Sequence record: OL615013 | DNA length: 64,000 nucleotides | Origin: Shigella phage ChubbyThor | Strand: one strand, 5' to 3' | In this document: piece after piece, positions 37,344 to 46,132 of the stretch | Layout of the letters: every line of letters begins with the position of its first letter | Numbering within the stretch: the first letter of the stretch is position 1 | Translations under genes and position numbers: made by a program | Notes under the pieces: model-generated | The model's input: the letters and a program-made list of their open reading frames with translations, nothing else | Database searches by the model: none | Told to the model about the DNA's origin: nothing

Positions 37344-38210
37344 TTACGCGGCAGCTTTCGCTTCGGCCAGCGCCTGAGGCAACCAGGCGTTGATTGCTTT
37401 GACCAGAGACTCGGCATCGGCCTCTTTGATCTTCTGGCGTTTGGTGAAGGACTTGCCGTTCACGTACAGACTGAAGCCCCAGCCACCGGAAACGATAGGC
37501 GCGACGTCAACGTATGTGTTGGTGCGGGCATGCAGGTTTTCAGGGTTGGCCAGTTCGGTGACCGGGAACTGGAACCAGCGCATGTCTGGGTTCACGTAGC
37601 TCAGGAACACACCTGGGACAACTCCTGCTTCAATCGCAGCCAAGACCGGACCGTGGTTAGAAGCGCGAGCCGCGTCAACCATTTCTTCACGTTTGGTATG
37701 ACGGCGTTTACGCTCTTCCAGCGCCGCCTGCGGGGTCAGGGTCTTACCCTTCGCCGCTTCTTTCAGCATAGAAGACGCCAGGGAACCCACTTTCGCGTCG
37801 GACGGCTGATTACCTTCTTCCAGCGCTGCGTTGACTGCGTCTTTAACCGCGTCTACCGGGGCGTCGGACACTGGGGCTTCACCTGCGTCGGCGTTACCAG
37901 CACCAGCGGTTGCGTCGGCGGAGATCGGCGCTTCAGCAACAACGGTTTCAGCGTCTTTCAGGGATACTTCAGCGTGGGCTTGCTCTTGGGCTTGCGCCAG
38001 AGCCTGCTGAGTTTCTTCCTTCTCTTCAGCGCTCAGACCTTCAATCAGTTCGAATCCGTTGGCGGACTGAAGAACGCCTTCCACCATACGGCGCAGGGTA
38101 ACGTTGCCGATCATCAGGCCTGCTTCTTTGATTTCAGCCTGGATAGCCGTAACGTCTTTGCCTTCAATTTCAATTTTGGTTCCAGAATCTACATGAAGAA
38201 TATATGACAT
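37344..38210 (-). CDS. Hypothetical protein with central Ala/Asp/Glu-rich low-complexity linker
   Basis: ORF-track GTG start replaced by ATG 38210 (MSYILHV); sigma70-like promoter about 70 nt upstream. Confidence 0.45.
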   Translation of the reverse strand: MSYILHVDSGTKIEIEGKDVTAIQAEIKEAGLMIGNVTLRRMVEGVLQSANGFELIEGLSAEEKEETQQALAQAQEQAHAEVSLKDAETVVAEAPISADATAGAGNADAGEAPVSDAPVDAVKDAVNAALEEGNQPSDAKVGSLASSMLKEAAKGKTLTPQAALEERKRRHTKREEMVDAARASNHGPVLAAIEAGVVPGVFLSYVNPDMRWFQFPVTELANPENLHARTNTYVDVAPIVSGGWGFSLYVNGKSFTKRQKIKEADAESLVKAINAWLPQALAEAKAAA

Positions 38211-38280
38211 AATAAAAACCCTTTCGTTATTAAGACCGTCTTCGCGGCATATTGCTGTTCTGACCGTGTAGTGAGAACAT

Positions 38281-38308
38281 AATATACTGCATTTTTCATA
38301 AATGTAAA
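38281..38308 (-). promoter_or_regulatory. Sigma70-like promoter (TTTACA, 16-nt spacer, TATATT) reading the minus strand
   Basis: Minus strand reads TTTACA tttatgaaaaatgcag TATATT; located in a 210-bp intergenic gap. Confidence 0.4.
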
Positions 38309-38422
38309 CCACTTTTTATTGAAAAGAAGTTTACACCTTAGTGTTAAACCGCGCCCAGCCAAGCGGAGCGCGAACTTGCGTGAATATTAACTTTCAACGT
38401 CAGTATTGAAAACAAGTTTCAG

Positions 38423-39166
38423 TCACTTGTTCAGCAAGTAGAAGTTGGGGATGTCTTCTGAATATTCAGCTGGCGTGAACTCCAGTTTCACTTTGGCTTC
38501 GACGTTTTCCCGAACTTTGCGAATAACTTCTTCCCTTTGTTCAGTGGCCATGACTTCTTCAATCGCGCCGTACAGAGTTTCAACAATCACGCTGATGTAA
38601 TTGTGAATCGCCCGACAGGTGTTCTGGTCATATTCCATGTCTGGGTCAATCTTCAGTTCAACCTGATCACGCCCAACCAGCAAATGCCCGTTAGACACAT
38701 TCACGGTGTGCTTGAACACATCACTCGCTTTCATGGACACGCCATCAGCCTGCGCCAGGTAAAACTCAGTCTTGGAGAACTGCTCCAGAACATCGGCAGG
38801 GAAATCGATTTGAATATCACTACGGTGGCGGCCAAGGTAATACAAGCAATGTGAAAGTCTGAGACACGCTTCTTGTGCCATCTTCACATGGGATTTTGCG
38901 TGTTCGTATCCAGCCAAGACATCACGCAAAAAGTCTGCGATTTCCTGGCTCCCATACTTGACCTGATCTTCTAAATCCAAGGCAGTAGGGCTATCCCACT
39001 CAACGCCCAAGACATCCAAGATGTTTTGTTCACGGACAGATTTACCCTGACGATTAAACCCCAGAGTGCACCCCACTTCAAACCCGGTTGGTTCAAAGGT
39101 GGTCAGTTTCACATCAAGACGAGCTGGAGTGAAATCTAGCCCGAACAGACGATAAATTTGTGACAT
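38423..39166 (-). CDS. Hypothetical protein
   Basis: ORF; no recognised motif. Confidence 0.45.
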   Translation of the reverse strand: MSQIYRLFGLDFTPARLDVKLTTFEPTGFEVGCTLGFNRQGKSVREQNILDVLGVEWDSPTALDLEDQVKYGSQEIADFLRDVLAGYEHAKSHVKMAQEACLRLSHCLYYLGRHRSDIQIDFPADVLEQFSKTEFYLAQADGVSMKASDVFKHTVNVSNGHLLVGRDQVELKIDPDMEYDQNTCRAIHNYISVIVETLYGAIEEVMATEQREEVIRKVRENVEAKVKLEFTPAEYSEDIPNFYLLNK

Positions 39167-39228
39167 GTTATAGCCTCATTGTTTAGGATTACCCGTTCAT
39201 GAATTATCCCTCGGAACGGGTTATAGAA

Positions 39229-39933
39229 CTATTTCTTCTTATGCATCCGACGCGCATCTTTCCAAACAGACATCTGACTCTGTTTCTGGAAGCGAGCGGT
39301 GCGCATGAAGAGGACGATCTCCCAGTACTGTGGCTCGATCTCATAGAGCTGAGTGCGGAAGCGGTCGGCGCGGTACAGCTTCACACAGTGATTGTACAGC
39401 GGGTGGTTGGCAAACCGCTTCAGAGCATCCCAAGTGAGCTTCAGACGCGTCTTTGAGCGGTACGCCCGTTCGTTGCGCAACTTGATGAGATCTTCGAACA
39501 CTAACAGCCTGAGCTTCGGTGGGAGGTAATGCATGTTCAGTCCCCAGAGGTATGTCACGCCCTTCTCTCCAAAGGTGATTCCATCACCCTTGGCAAAGTT
39601 GAAGAAGAACACCAGAGGATACATATCCCAGTACGGCAGTTCGTCCTTCGTCAGAGCATCGTATTTGAAATAGAACATGCGCCCGACCATATACCGCACA
39701 CCCTGTACGGGACGCTTGTGATCAGCGAACGCCTGTTTCATATGGTTGGGAGTCAGGTTGGCGTCCTTAGACACACGCTCCATGAACCACACATGCGAAC
39801 GGCGGATGTTGCGCTTCGCCTCTGGACCGAAGTGTTGGCGGTACTTTCGGATGTATCGCTTGACGAGTTCAGGGGCGTCCATCTCGGCCGGAAACAGCAA
39901 CGGATCTTCTTCGCCAGCTGCATTCTTTGCCAT
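39229..39933 (-). CDS. Hypothetical basic protein
   Basis: ORF; no recognised motif. Confidence 0.45.
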   Translation of the reverse strand: MAKNAAGEEDPLLFPAEMDAPELVKRYIRKYRQHFGPEAKRNIRRSHVWFMERVSKDANLTPNHMKQAFADHKRPVQGVRYMVGRMFYFKYDALTKDELPYWDMYPLVFFFNFAKGDGITFGEKGVTYLWGLNMHYLPPKLRLLVFEDLIKLRNERAYRSKTRLKLTWDALKRFANHPLYNHCVKLYRADRFRTQLYEIEPQYWEIVLFMRTARFQKQSQMSVWKDARRMHKKK

Positions 39934-39986
39934 TTGTCAACTCCTATAAATAACAACAGTTATCTTATTTAAGTGGAGTCCTCACC

Positions 39987-40931
39987 GTGGAAGACTATCG
40001 CAATTTTATCACACAGATGTTACAGCGGGGCTTGTCACGCAAGAACCGCTTCAGAGTGACCATCCCTCTGCCACCAGGGATCTTTGACTCCAATGCCACT
40101 CTGGCTAATGACGGAAAGGCGTACAGCACCAATTCATCTTTCGGTGACTTGTTTAAGCAGTCAGCCCGTATTGTAAACGCTTTCTTTGGAGGGACAAACC
40201 AGACTTCCCGTTCCCTTCAGATGATGTGTATGGTTGCCTCATTGCCGGGGGTTGGTATTGACACCACCCCAATGACGAACAACGGCAACCACATCAAGAT
40301 GCCGAACAACAAGTCCAACGTCGACCTCGACCTGTCATTCTTGTTGGCTAATGACTATTACGAGAAGTCTGTGATGGACAAGTGGAAGAGTCTGATCTTT
40401 GATCCATACACTACCAAGATGGGCTATTACGAAGACTTCGTCACCGACATCTGCATTGAGCAACTTGATACTGAAGATCAGGTGGTCCACCGCGTCTACA
40501 TCGTCGAGGCTCATCCGATCAACTTCAGTTCCATCGAGTTGGACAAAGGTGCTACAGATCAGTTCAACCAATACAACATCTCTTTCTCTTACAACAAAGT
40601 GCTATCGGAGACAGAATATGAAACACGCAGCCTTTCCAGCGATTTTCTTCCTCTCGGTATTGCTGACGCTCTTACCAGTGGTGACTGGGAAACTGCGGCC
40701 TCAAAAGCCGGACAGCTTTATCGGAAAGTCAAAGAAGGAAACTTCACAGGAGAGGCTCTCCTGGCTTACAAACAGCTTGACCAACTTGTAAACAACCTGG
40801 CTGGGATCAGCCTACAGGACTTCGAGCGCATCTCGGTGGGTATCTCTCGTGACATCATGGGCAACGATAACCTGACGGCGGCGGAGAAGACAAGCCTGTT
40901 GGGGATATTGCAAGATGTGATGGGCAAATAA
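39987..40931 (+). CDS. Putative tail/baseplate structural protein (tail-tube-related family), GTG start
   Basis: GGAG SD 8 nt before GTG 39987; VVHRVYIVEAHPINF block loosely parallels WLHRISTCVLSNMFV in ORF 19390-20358. Confidence 0.3.
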   Translation: MEDYRNFITQMLQRGLSRKNRFRVTIPLPPGIFDSNATLANDGKAYSTNSSFGDLFKQSARIVNAFFGGTNQTSRSLQMMCMVASLPGVGIDTTPMTNNGNHIKMPNNKSNVDLDLSFLLANDYYEKSVMDKWKSLIFDPYTTKMGYYEDFVTDICIEQLDTEDQVVHRVYIVEAHPINFSSIELDKGATDQFNQYNISFSYNKVLSETEYETRSLSSDFLPLGIADALTSGDWETAASKAGQLYRKVKEGNFTGEALLAYKQLDQLVNNLAGISLQDFERISVGISRDIMGNDNLTAAEKTSLLGILQDVMGK

Positions 40932-40956
40932 AAAGCCCTCCGAAGAGGGCTTTTTC
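40930..40956. terminator. Bidirectional rho-independent terminator
   Basis: AAAAGCCCTC-CGAA-GAGGGCTTTTT between convergent genes. Confidence 0.7.
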
Positions 40957-40957
40957 A

Positions 40958-42004
40958 TTAGTTAGACTTGAGATACTGCTCGAAGTCGTCAATGGAAGCC
41001 GTGTTCTTGGCATCCGGTGTAGACTGAGACTGAATTTGAGTCTGAGTCTGTGACGGCGCGGCCTGCTGTTGTTTCAGGCTGTCTTGAGCAGTTGGCTGCT
41101 GGTTGACGGGCTGCTGGTGAGCAGTCTGGGTGTTAGGGGCATGTGCCATCGTGGCCGCACCACCTTCAACCAGAGGCTGGCCATCAGGGATTGCCAGAAC
41201 TTTACGCAGACGCTTTTCCAGAGAGTCGTAGTCTTTGAAGTTAGCCGGATTGAAGAATTCAAACAGGCTGTGTTCACGAGACCACACGTCTTCCATGTAG
41301 GCTTCGTCGTCGCTCAGTGGAGCCGGAGCAGCCCAACTGACGTTGGAGAAGTTGGCCACCAGACCTTCCCAGTTCCCAAACTTCTTCTGCTCACCAAAGA
41401 GCTTCAGGTTCAGGTTGGCACCTTCCCACAGATCGAACGGATCGAATTTAGGGTCGGTTGGGAATTTCGGGTTCTGCGCCTGATCCAGGATTTTCTTGAT
41501 GGCGTTACCAAACTCCAGCAGGAAGACCTTGCCGTTGTTTTCCGGTACGTTGGCATCGTTGATCACCAGGATGTTGGCGTAGTATTTGGTGTCAGGCAGA
41601 CGTTTCTTCAGGATGTCCTTCAGCTTTTCGTCGTTCGTTTCTTTCTGCTGCGCCCACAGCGGACGGTCATGGTCGCGCACCGGATCGTCGTTGCCGAACG
41701 TCTGAGGTGAGTTCTCAATGTACCAACCACCAGGTCCCTGGAACTGATGCTTCATGATCATGGCGCAAGGGGTCAGGATCTGATCTTTATCGATCGTTCC
41801 TTCTTCCTGTGCCTTGATGTCTACCAGTGGGACTGGCAGGAAGCGGATGGTGTTCTCGGAGATGCCATCTTTGTTCCAAGTCCATTTCCAGATGCGAGGA
41901 TCCTTCTGGAAGCCGGACTTCTGGCCTTGCTGTGCAAGACGCGCCTGCATTGCGTCAGCTTGCTGACCACGGGACGCTTTCAGACGATCGAATAAATTAC
42001 CCAT
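40958..42004 (-). CDS. Single-stranded DNA-binding protein (T4 gp32-like)
   Basis: IRFLP, NNGKVFLLEFG and WEGANLNLKL parallel T4 gp32 IRFLP, NEGKVFKYRFG, WEGANFVLKV; acidic C-terminus; AGGAA SD. Confidence 0.85.
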   Translation of the reverse strand: MGNLFDRLKASRGQQADAMQARLAQQGQKSGFQKDPRIWKWTWNKDGISENTIRFLPVPLVDIKAQEEGTIDKDQILTPCAMIMKHQFQGPGGWYIENSPQTFGNDDPVRDHDRPLWAQQKETNDEKLKDILKKRLPDTKYYANILVINDANVPENNGKVFLLEFGNAIKKILDQAQNPKFPTDPKFDPFDLWEGANLNLKLFGEQKKFGNWEGLVANFSNVSWAAPAPLSDDEAYMEDVWSREHSLFEFFNPANFKDYDSLEKRLRKVLAIPDGQPLVEGGAATMAHAPNTQTAHQQPVNQQPTAQDSLKQQQAAPSQTQTQIQSQSTPDAKNTASIDDFEQYLKSN

Positions 42005-42102
42005 TTCTTAATTCCTCTGTTTCCGCCCCTCAGGGCTATTCTGTTACATGTATTTTCAGTTTGCTACAAAGCGGGGTAATTATACCCCGATACTACATTG
42101 AT

Positions 42103-42342
42103 TTAACCTTTAAGCACTTGATTTGCTGGGTCAATTTCAATAATGTCGAACACGTCCGAAAACGTCTTCTTGCCTTCCTCGTGGGTATGGTACTCAACGA
42201 CATATGAGCGACCATCAGGGGTAACGTAACGAATACGATCCGTCTGGTCGGCATGCTCGTTCAGGCTACCCACTCGCCAGCGCATTGCGCCAGGAAGAAA
42301 CTCGGCAGCTTTCATTGCGCTGTAAATTGATTCTTTGCTCAT
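42103..42342 (-). CDS. Hypothetical protein
   Basis: Small ORF. Confidence 0.35.
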   Translation of the reverse strand: MSKESIYSAMKAAEFLPGAMRWRVGSLNEHADQTDRIRYVTPDGRSYVVEYHTHEEGKKTFSDVFDIIEIDPANQVLKG

Positions 42343-42349
42343 AATAAAC

Positions 42350-42595
42350 CTACACTAATTTCTTGGACTTCAGCGTGTCTTTGATCAGGCGCGCATCGGA
42401 GCACTCAGCTGTCAGTCGCGACAACAATGGTGCTGTAATCATCTTTCTGACTTTGGTTTCGTCTATGTCGTTCTCTTCACAGACAGCAGCCAGAGTCTCA
42501 AGGATACTATCCTTGGTTTGGGCGGCGCGCAGTAGGACAATTTCAGAAAATGATTCTGGTGTCATTACAAGCGCTGGTAGTTTTTCGTCAGACAT
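42350..42595 (-). CDS. Hypothetical protein
   Basis: Small ORF. Confidence 0.35.
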   Translation of the reverse strand: MSDEKLPALVMTPESFSEIVLLRAAQTKDSILETLAAVCEENDIDETKVRKMITAPLLSRLTAECSDARLIKDTLKSKKLV

Positions 42596-42833
42596 CGATC
42601 GTGTTCCCCTTGCCCGAACCCTTCTTTATCGTGCGCAAGACGTCCTTGAAGCCGTCTGGAGCCGATTGTGGTCCCTTCACCCCAGAGACAATCTTGGGAG
42701 CACCCACCACCATTTTAATCTCCCCTCCGCACTCAGTGCAGGGGTTGGATTCAGGCTCATGGCGATCTGCAATAGATTTACGCAGTGTCAACGCGTTACC
42801 ACAGCCCTTGCATTGATAATCATACAGCGGCAT
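42588..42833 (-). CDS. Zinc-ribbon protein (FmdB-like CxxC...CxxC)
   Basis: YDYQCKGCG...NPCTECGG motif. Confidence 0.5.
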   Translation of the reverse strand: MPLYDYQCKGCGNALTLRKSIADRHEPESNPCTECGGEIKMVVGAPKIVSGVKGPQSAPDGFKDVLRTIKKGSGKGNTIDV

Positions 42834-43131
42834 GGAACACCCCCACAGTTGTCAGCACAAAACGAACCATAATGATAACCAGCAGCAACACTGTAGAAAA
42901 CACAATGCGCTTAATCATTTTGTCACGGATCTGAATGAACTGATATGAGAGGATAGCCTCGGCCTGTTGATCGGCACGAACGTTCGTGTCACGATGTGGT
43001 GACAGTGTGTAGAAGTTGATCTGGTACACATACGCATGAACCAGAGTGAAGAACGACTTCACCCAGACCAAGACAACCACTAACAACAAAGCGAACGTCA
43101 GGAAGTTCGCCAACAACCAGTAATCGACCAT
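42820..43131 (-). CDS. Small membrane protein
   Basis: Hydrophobic helices at both ends. Confidence 0.4.
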   Translation of the reverse strand: MVDYWLLANFLTFALLLVVVLVWVKSFFTLVHAYVYQINFYTLSPHRDTNVRADQQAEAILSYQFIQIRDKMIKRIVFSTVLLLVIIMVRFVLTTVGVFHAAV

Positions 43132-43721
43132 TATACACCTCTGTTGAAGTCTGGATTATTCTCAATGAAGTAAGAGCCACAAGCCATTATCGCAAACGAA
43201 TCCACGAGGTCATCGATTGGCTTGGGATCCTTAACTTCCAACATGTCCATTATACCGCGCATATTAACATTGAACAGCGACTCGAAGTGAGCGATCATGG
43301 CGTGTTTATCCGCGTTGCCCTTGTCGGTGAACATCTTCTTCACATGGGATGGCGTCACGATCTGGAAGTCGAAATTGTTACGGCGCAGGGCTTGCTTCAA
43401 CAGAGAGGTATTCTCTGCGGTCTGGCAGATGTTGTTGGAGTTCTTAGAGTTGCCCATGGCATACCCTTCAAGAGTGATCGCATCCGGCTTCTCGGTCAAC
43501 AGGACAGCCTCAGCCCATTTACAGATGTTATAGAAGCGCTCTTCTGGGGTCTCCCACTTCGGCTGCTTCATGATGAGGATGTTCTGGCGAATCTGAGTGC
43601 AGTACTTCTCCACAGTATAATATGCGTAGAAGCGCAGATGATCAAAATCAAGAGGGTCCTTGTCATCCCAGAAGCACAGGGATGGGCAACCATAGGAGTA
43701 GTCGATTCCGCAATATTTCAT
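43131..43721 (-). CDS. Putative RuvC-like Holliday junction resolvase
   Basis: N-terminal CGIDYS, mid LEGY and C-terminal DDLVDSFAIMACG resemble the RuvC-fold acidic motifs. Confidence 0.4.
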   Translation of the reverse strand: MKYCGIDYSYGCPSLCFWDDKDPLDFDHLRFYAYYTVEKYCTQIRQNILIMKQPKWETPEERFYNICKWAEAVLLTEKPDAITLEGYAMGNSKNSNNICQTAENTSLLKQALRRNNFDFQIVTPSHVKKMFTDKGNADKHAMIAHFESLFNVNMRGIMDMLEVKDPKPIDDLVDSFAIMACGSYFIENNPDFNRGV

Positions 43722-43772
43722 GTAAATAGCCCATAACGAAGTTTCATTGGTGTATGGGCTATTTACGCCGGG

Positions 43773-44264
43773 TTAACGGGTGATGATTTTACCTTCAGGT
43801 AGAATCAGACCAGGGTGGTCCAGGTTCTTCTGCATCTGTTGGATACTCTGCAGGATCACGGTAGTGTCGATGTGGCGTTTCACTTTGCGAGCCTCATCAC
43901 CATAAGAGATCTGCCCCTGAGGATCGATATAATGAGCCGACACAACCTGCAGGTCATACCCGCATTTCATCAGGTACTTGGCGATGTTGCTGACTTCCAG
44001 CGACAGGGATTCACCGTCAACGCCGATGTTGGCTGAGTAGACGATAGCGCCGTTTTCTGCTGCTGTCGGGTCAAACAACACCATACCAGCGATCGTCTGG
44101 ATCAAAGGAACTCCCTCGGTATCGAAAGCCACCTGATCGAACGCACCGATGAACTCATCCGGCACTTTACCTTCGGCATCAGAAACTGTGTGTTTCATCA
44201 GGTCCAGGACGTGTTGTTGTACTTCCTCAATCGGAGCACGTTCAACGGGTTTTTCGTTTTGCAT
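43773..44264 (-). CDS. Hypothetical protein
   Basis: Start set at ATG 44264 with GGAGA SD (23-nt overlap with upstream gene). Confidence 0.35.
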   Translation of the reverse strand: MQNEKPVERAPIEEVQQHVLDLMKHTVSDAEGKVPDEFIGAFDQVAFDTEGVPLIQTIAGMVLFDPTAAENGAIVYSANIGVDGESLSLEVSNIAKYLMKCGYDLQVVSAHYIDPQGQISYGDEARKVKRHIDTTVILQSIQQMQKNLDHPGLILPEGKIITR

Positions 44265-44766
44265 TACTTTTCTCCAGTTCATAATCGCGCTCCACAACAT
44301 ATTGGTAGACACGCATCTTAATATAGTCGGCACCACCTGCTGAAGACAGCACCCTCCATCCACTACTGAGGGCATTCATCTTATATTGACCAACCCCCTC
44401 TTGAAAATAACTTTTAATCTGTTCCAGCTTTCGCCCACGATGATAATAAGAGATGAGTTCACCGATAACAATACAATCGGGATAATTTTTGTCAAGGGTG
44501 TCAATATTGCGGTGGACATAGACAGGCAACACTTCTTCATCGTCGATAGGGCTGTAGCACGGGTCTACGATGACCACCTGTAGGCCATACGACAATAAAT
44601 CCTTGACGCCCAGACGACAGAACTTATAATCTTCGTGCTTCATTGCCACCTGGAGAATATTCTCTTTCTTGGCATAATCGGACAGGAAGATAAAGAAGTC
44701 TGTGTTGGGATCGGGATATTGTATAGACAATTCTTTGCCTATTTCACTAAAACAAAATCCGCGCAT
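44242..44766 (-). CDS. Hypothetical protein
   Basis: Start set at second ATG with GAGG SD. Confidence 0.4.
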   Translation of the reverse strand: MRGFCFSEIGKELSIQYPDPNTDFFIFLSDYAKKENILQVAMKHEDYKFCRLGVKDLLSYGLQVVIVDPCYSPIDDEEVLPVYVHRNIDTLDKNYPDCIVIGELISYYHRGRKLEQIKSYFQEGVGQYKMNALSSGWRVLSSAGGADYIKMRVYQYVVERDYELEKSNAKRKTR

Positions 44767-44815
44767 TTTCATTCCTCGTTATAATTACTCTTACAATATA
44801 CCGTGGAGATACATT

Positions 44816-45622
44816 ATGAATTTGCCATCATTGCCCAGAACAGAAAAGACATATAAAAGCGACTTTTGGCCTACTGTGATCAAATATCGCGCCTTTACTG
44901 CGGGGCAACAAACTTTATTACTTCAGGTGTCAGATCCGCAAACGCCGATTGAAGAACGCGCGGCCATGATGGAGAGCCTCTTCAGCGAATGTGTAAATGC
45001 AGGTGCGCCATTCAGCAAACTACCAATCGGTGTTGTCGAAGAAGTGTTCATCCGTATGCGCATGATCGCCATCGGCGAATTGATGAAGATTCGCTACAAG
45101 TGCAATAATCAGGTTGAAGAAACGATCGATCTGGGAGATGGCCAAGAAAAGCGCCAGATGGTTCCCTGTGAGCAGGAACTGACTCTGCCTATCCCGCTGA
45201 ACAATGTAAAATGCATTGCTCAGGACGGCTTCCAGGAGACGTTTGACCTGCCGGGTGGCTATCACCTCAAGATGCGCCAACCTTCCTTCTCGGACGCCAC
45301 GGCGCTGTCTGATGCTGTAAGTGTTGAGATGATGCTGGCCACCTTTATCGACTGCCTGTACGATGATGACGGTCAGGTGTGGAAGGTTGAGAATCCTGAA
45401 GAAATCGGGATCACTCCGGAAGAGGCTACCGAGCGCCGCCGTGTGAAAGAAGCGTTTGTTGAGTGGGTGAAGGATAACATCGAATCAGATGTCATCGACA
45501 GCATTACGAAGAACTTCTTCCACAAAATACCGCGCATCCACTACAAGAGTTCAATCAAGTGTCCGAAGTGTGGTAAGGAACACAAGATCGAATTCAATAG
45601 CATTAATGAAATTTTCATCTAA
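44816..45622 (+). CDS. Hypothetical protein with C-terminal CPKCG zinc-ribbon-like motif
   Basis: GGAG SD 8 nt upstream; TATAAT hexamer about 30 nt upstream; ORF-track start rejected. Confidence 0.4.
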   Translation: MNLPSLPRTEKTYKSDFWPTVIKYRAFTAGQQTLLLQVSDPQTPIEERAAMMESLFSECVNAGAPFSKLPIGVVEEVFIRMRMIAIGELMKIRYKCNNQVEETIDLGDGQEKRQMVPCEQELTLPIPLNNVKCIAQDGFQETFDLPGGYHLKMRQPSFSDATALSDAVSVEMMLATFIDCLYDDDGQVWKVENPEEIGITPEEATERRRVKEAFVEWVKDNIESDVIDSITKNFFHKIPRIHYKSSIKCPKCGKEHKIEFNSINEIFI

Positions 45623-45769
45623 TGTTTGAAACTGATTTACTATCCTACTTCGTGATGTGTGATGAATTGAAGTTACACGGCTATAGCATATTTGAAATCA
45701 ACGAGTCGATGCCGTGGCATCTTGACTTGTTAACCGAAGCCCTCAAGGTCAGGTTGTCTAAGAAACAGT

Positions 45770-45795
45770 AATCCCGCTTCGGCGGGATTTTTATT
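45770..45795 (+). terminator. Rho-independent terminator
   Basis: ATCCCGC-TTCG-GCGGGAT followed by TTTTTATT. Confidence 0.65.
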
Positions 45796-46132
45796 GGCTT
45801 AACTGTAAAACAGGTTAACGCGTGCTCTCTTTACCTGAAATTGTTATAATGGGCTTGTTCCTGAGTCATTTGTTGGGGATCGTCTATTTTGAATCAGATT
45901 GTCAGTAAAATACCATTTTTCAAGGAGTGTTCTGAGGTGTACAGTTATTGCCTCGCTCTTATGCCTCCATGGCATTGGAATGGTGCTGCCTGCATAAGGC
46001 GGTGTGATGAGCGAAGCGAATAGGATCGAATAACAAATAAAATGAACGGAAGCAGAGCTTCCTATAGTATATAAGGCAAAATCCGCTGCGCATAAATACC
46101 TTCAAATCCTTGTTTGACAACCGGAACTCAAT

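Noticed and set aside
37530-38207. 225-aa plus-strand ORF
   Set aside because: Antisense to the 288-aa minus-strand gene that has a promoter, RBS and terminator; the product is Arg/Gly-rich low complexity.
41069-41710. 213-aa plus-strand ORF
   Set aside because: Antisense to the gp32 gene.
46114-46119. TTGACA hexamer suggestive of a -35 element
   Set aside because: Only 14 nt upstream of the ATG at 46133, leaving no room for a -10 element and leader.
45623-46132. Possible tRNA genes in the largest intergenic gap
   Set aside because: No GTTCRANYC T-loop-like segment or cloverleaf-compatible arrangement seen by eye; needs a proper tRNA scan.
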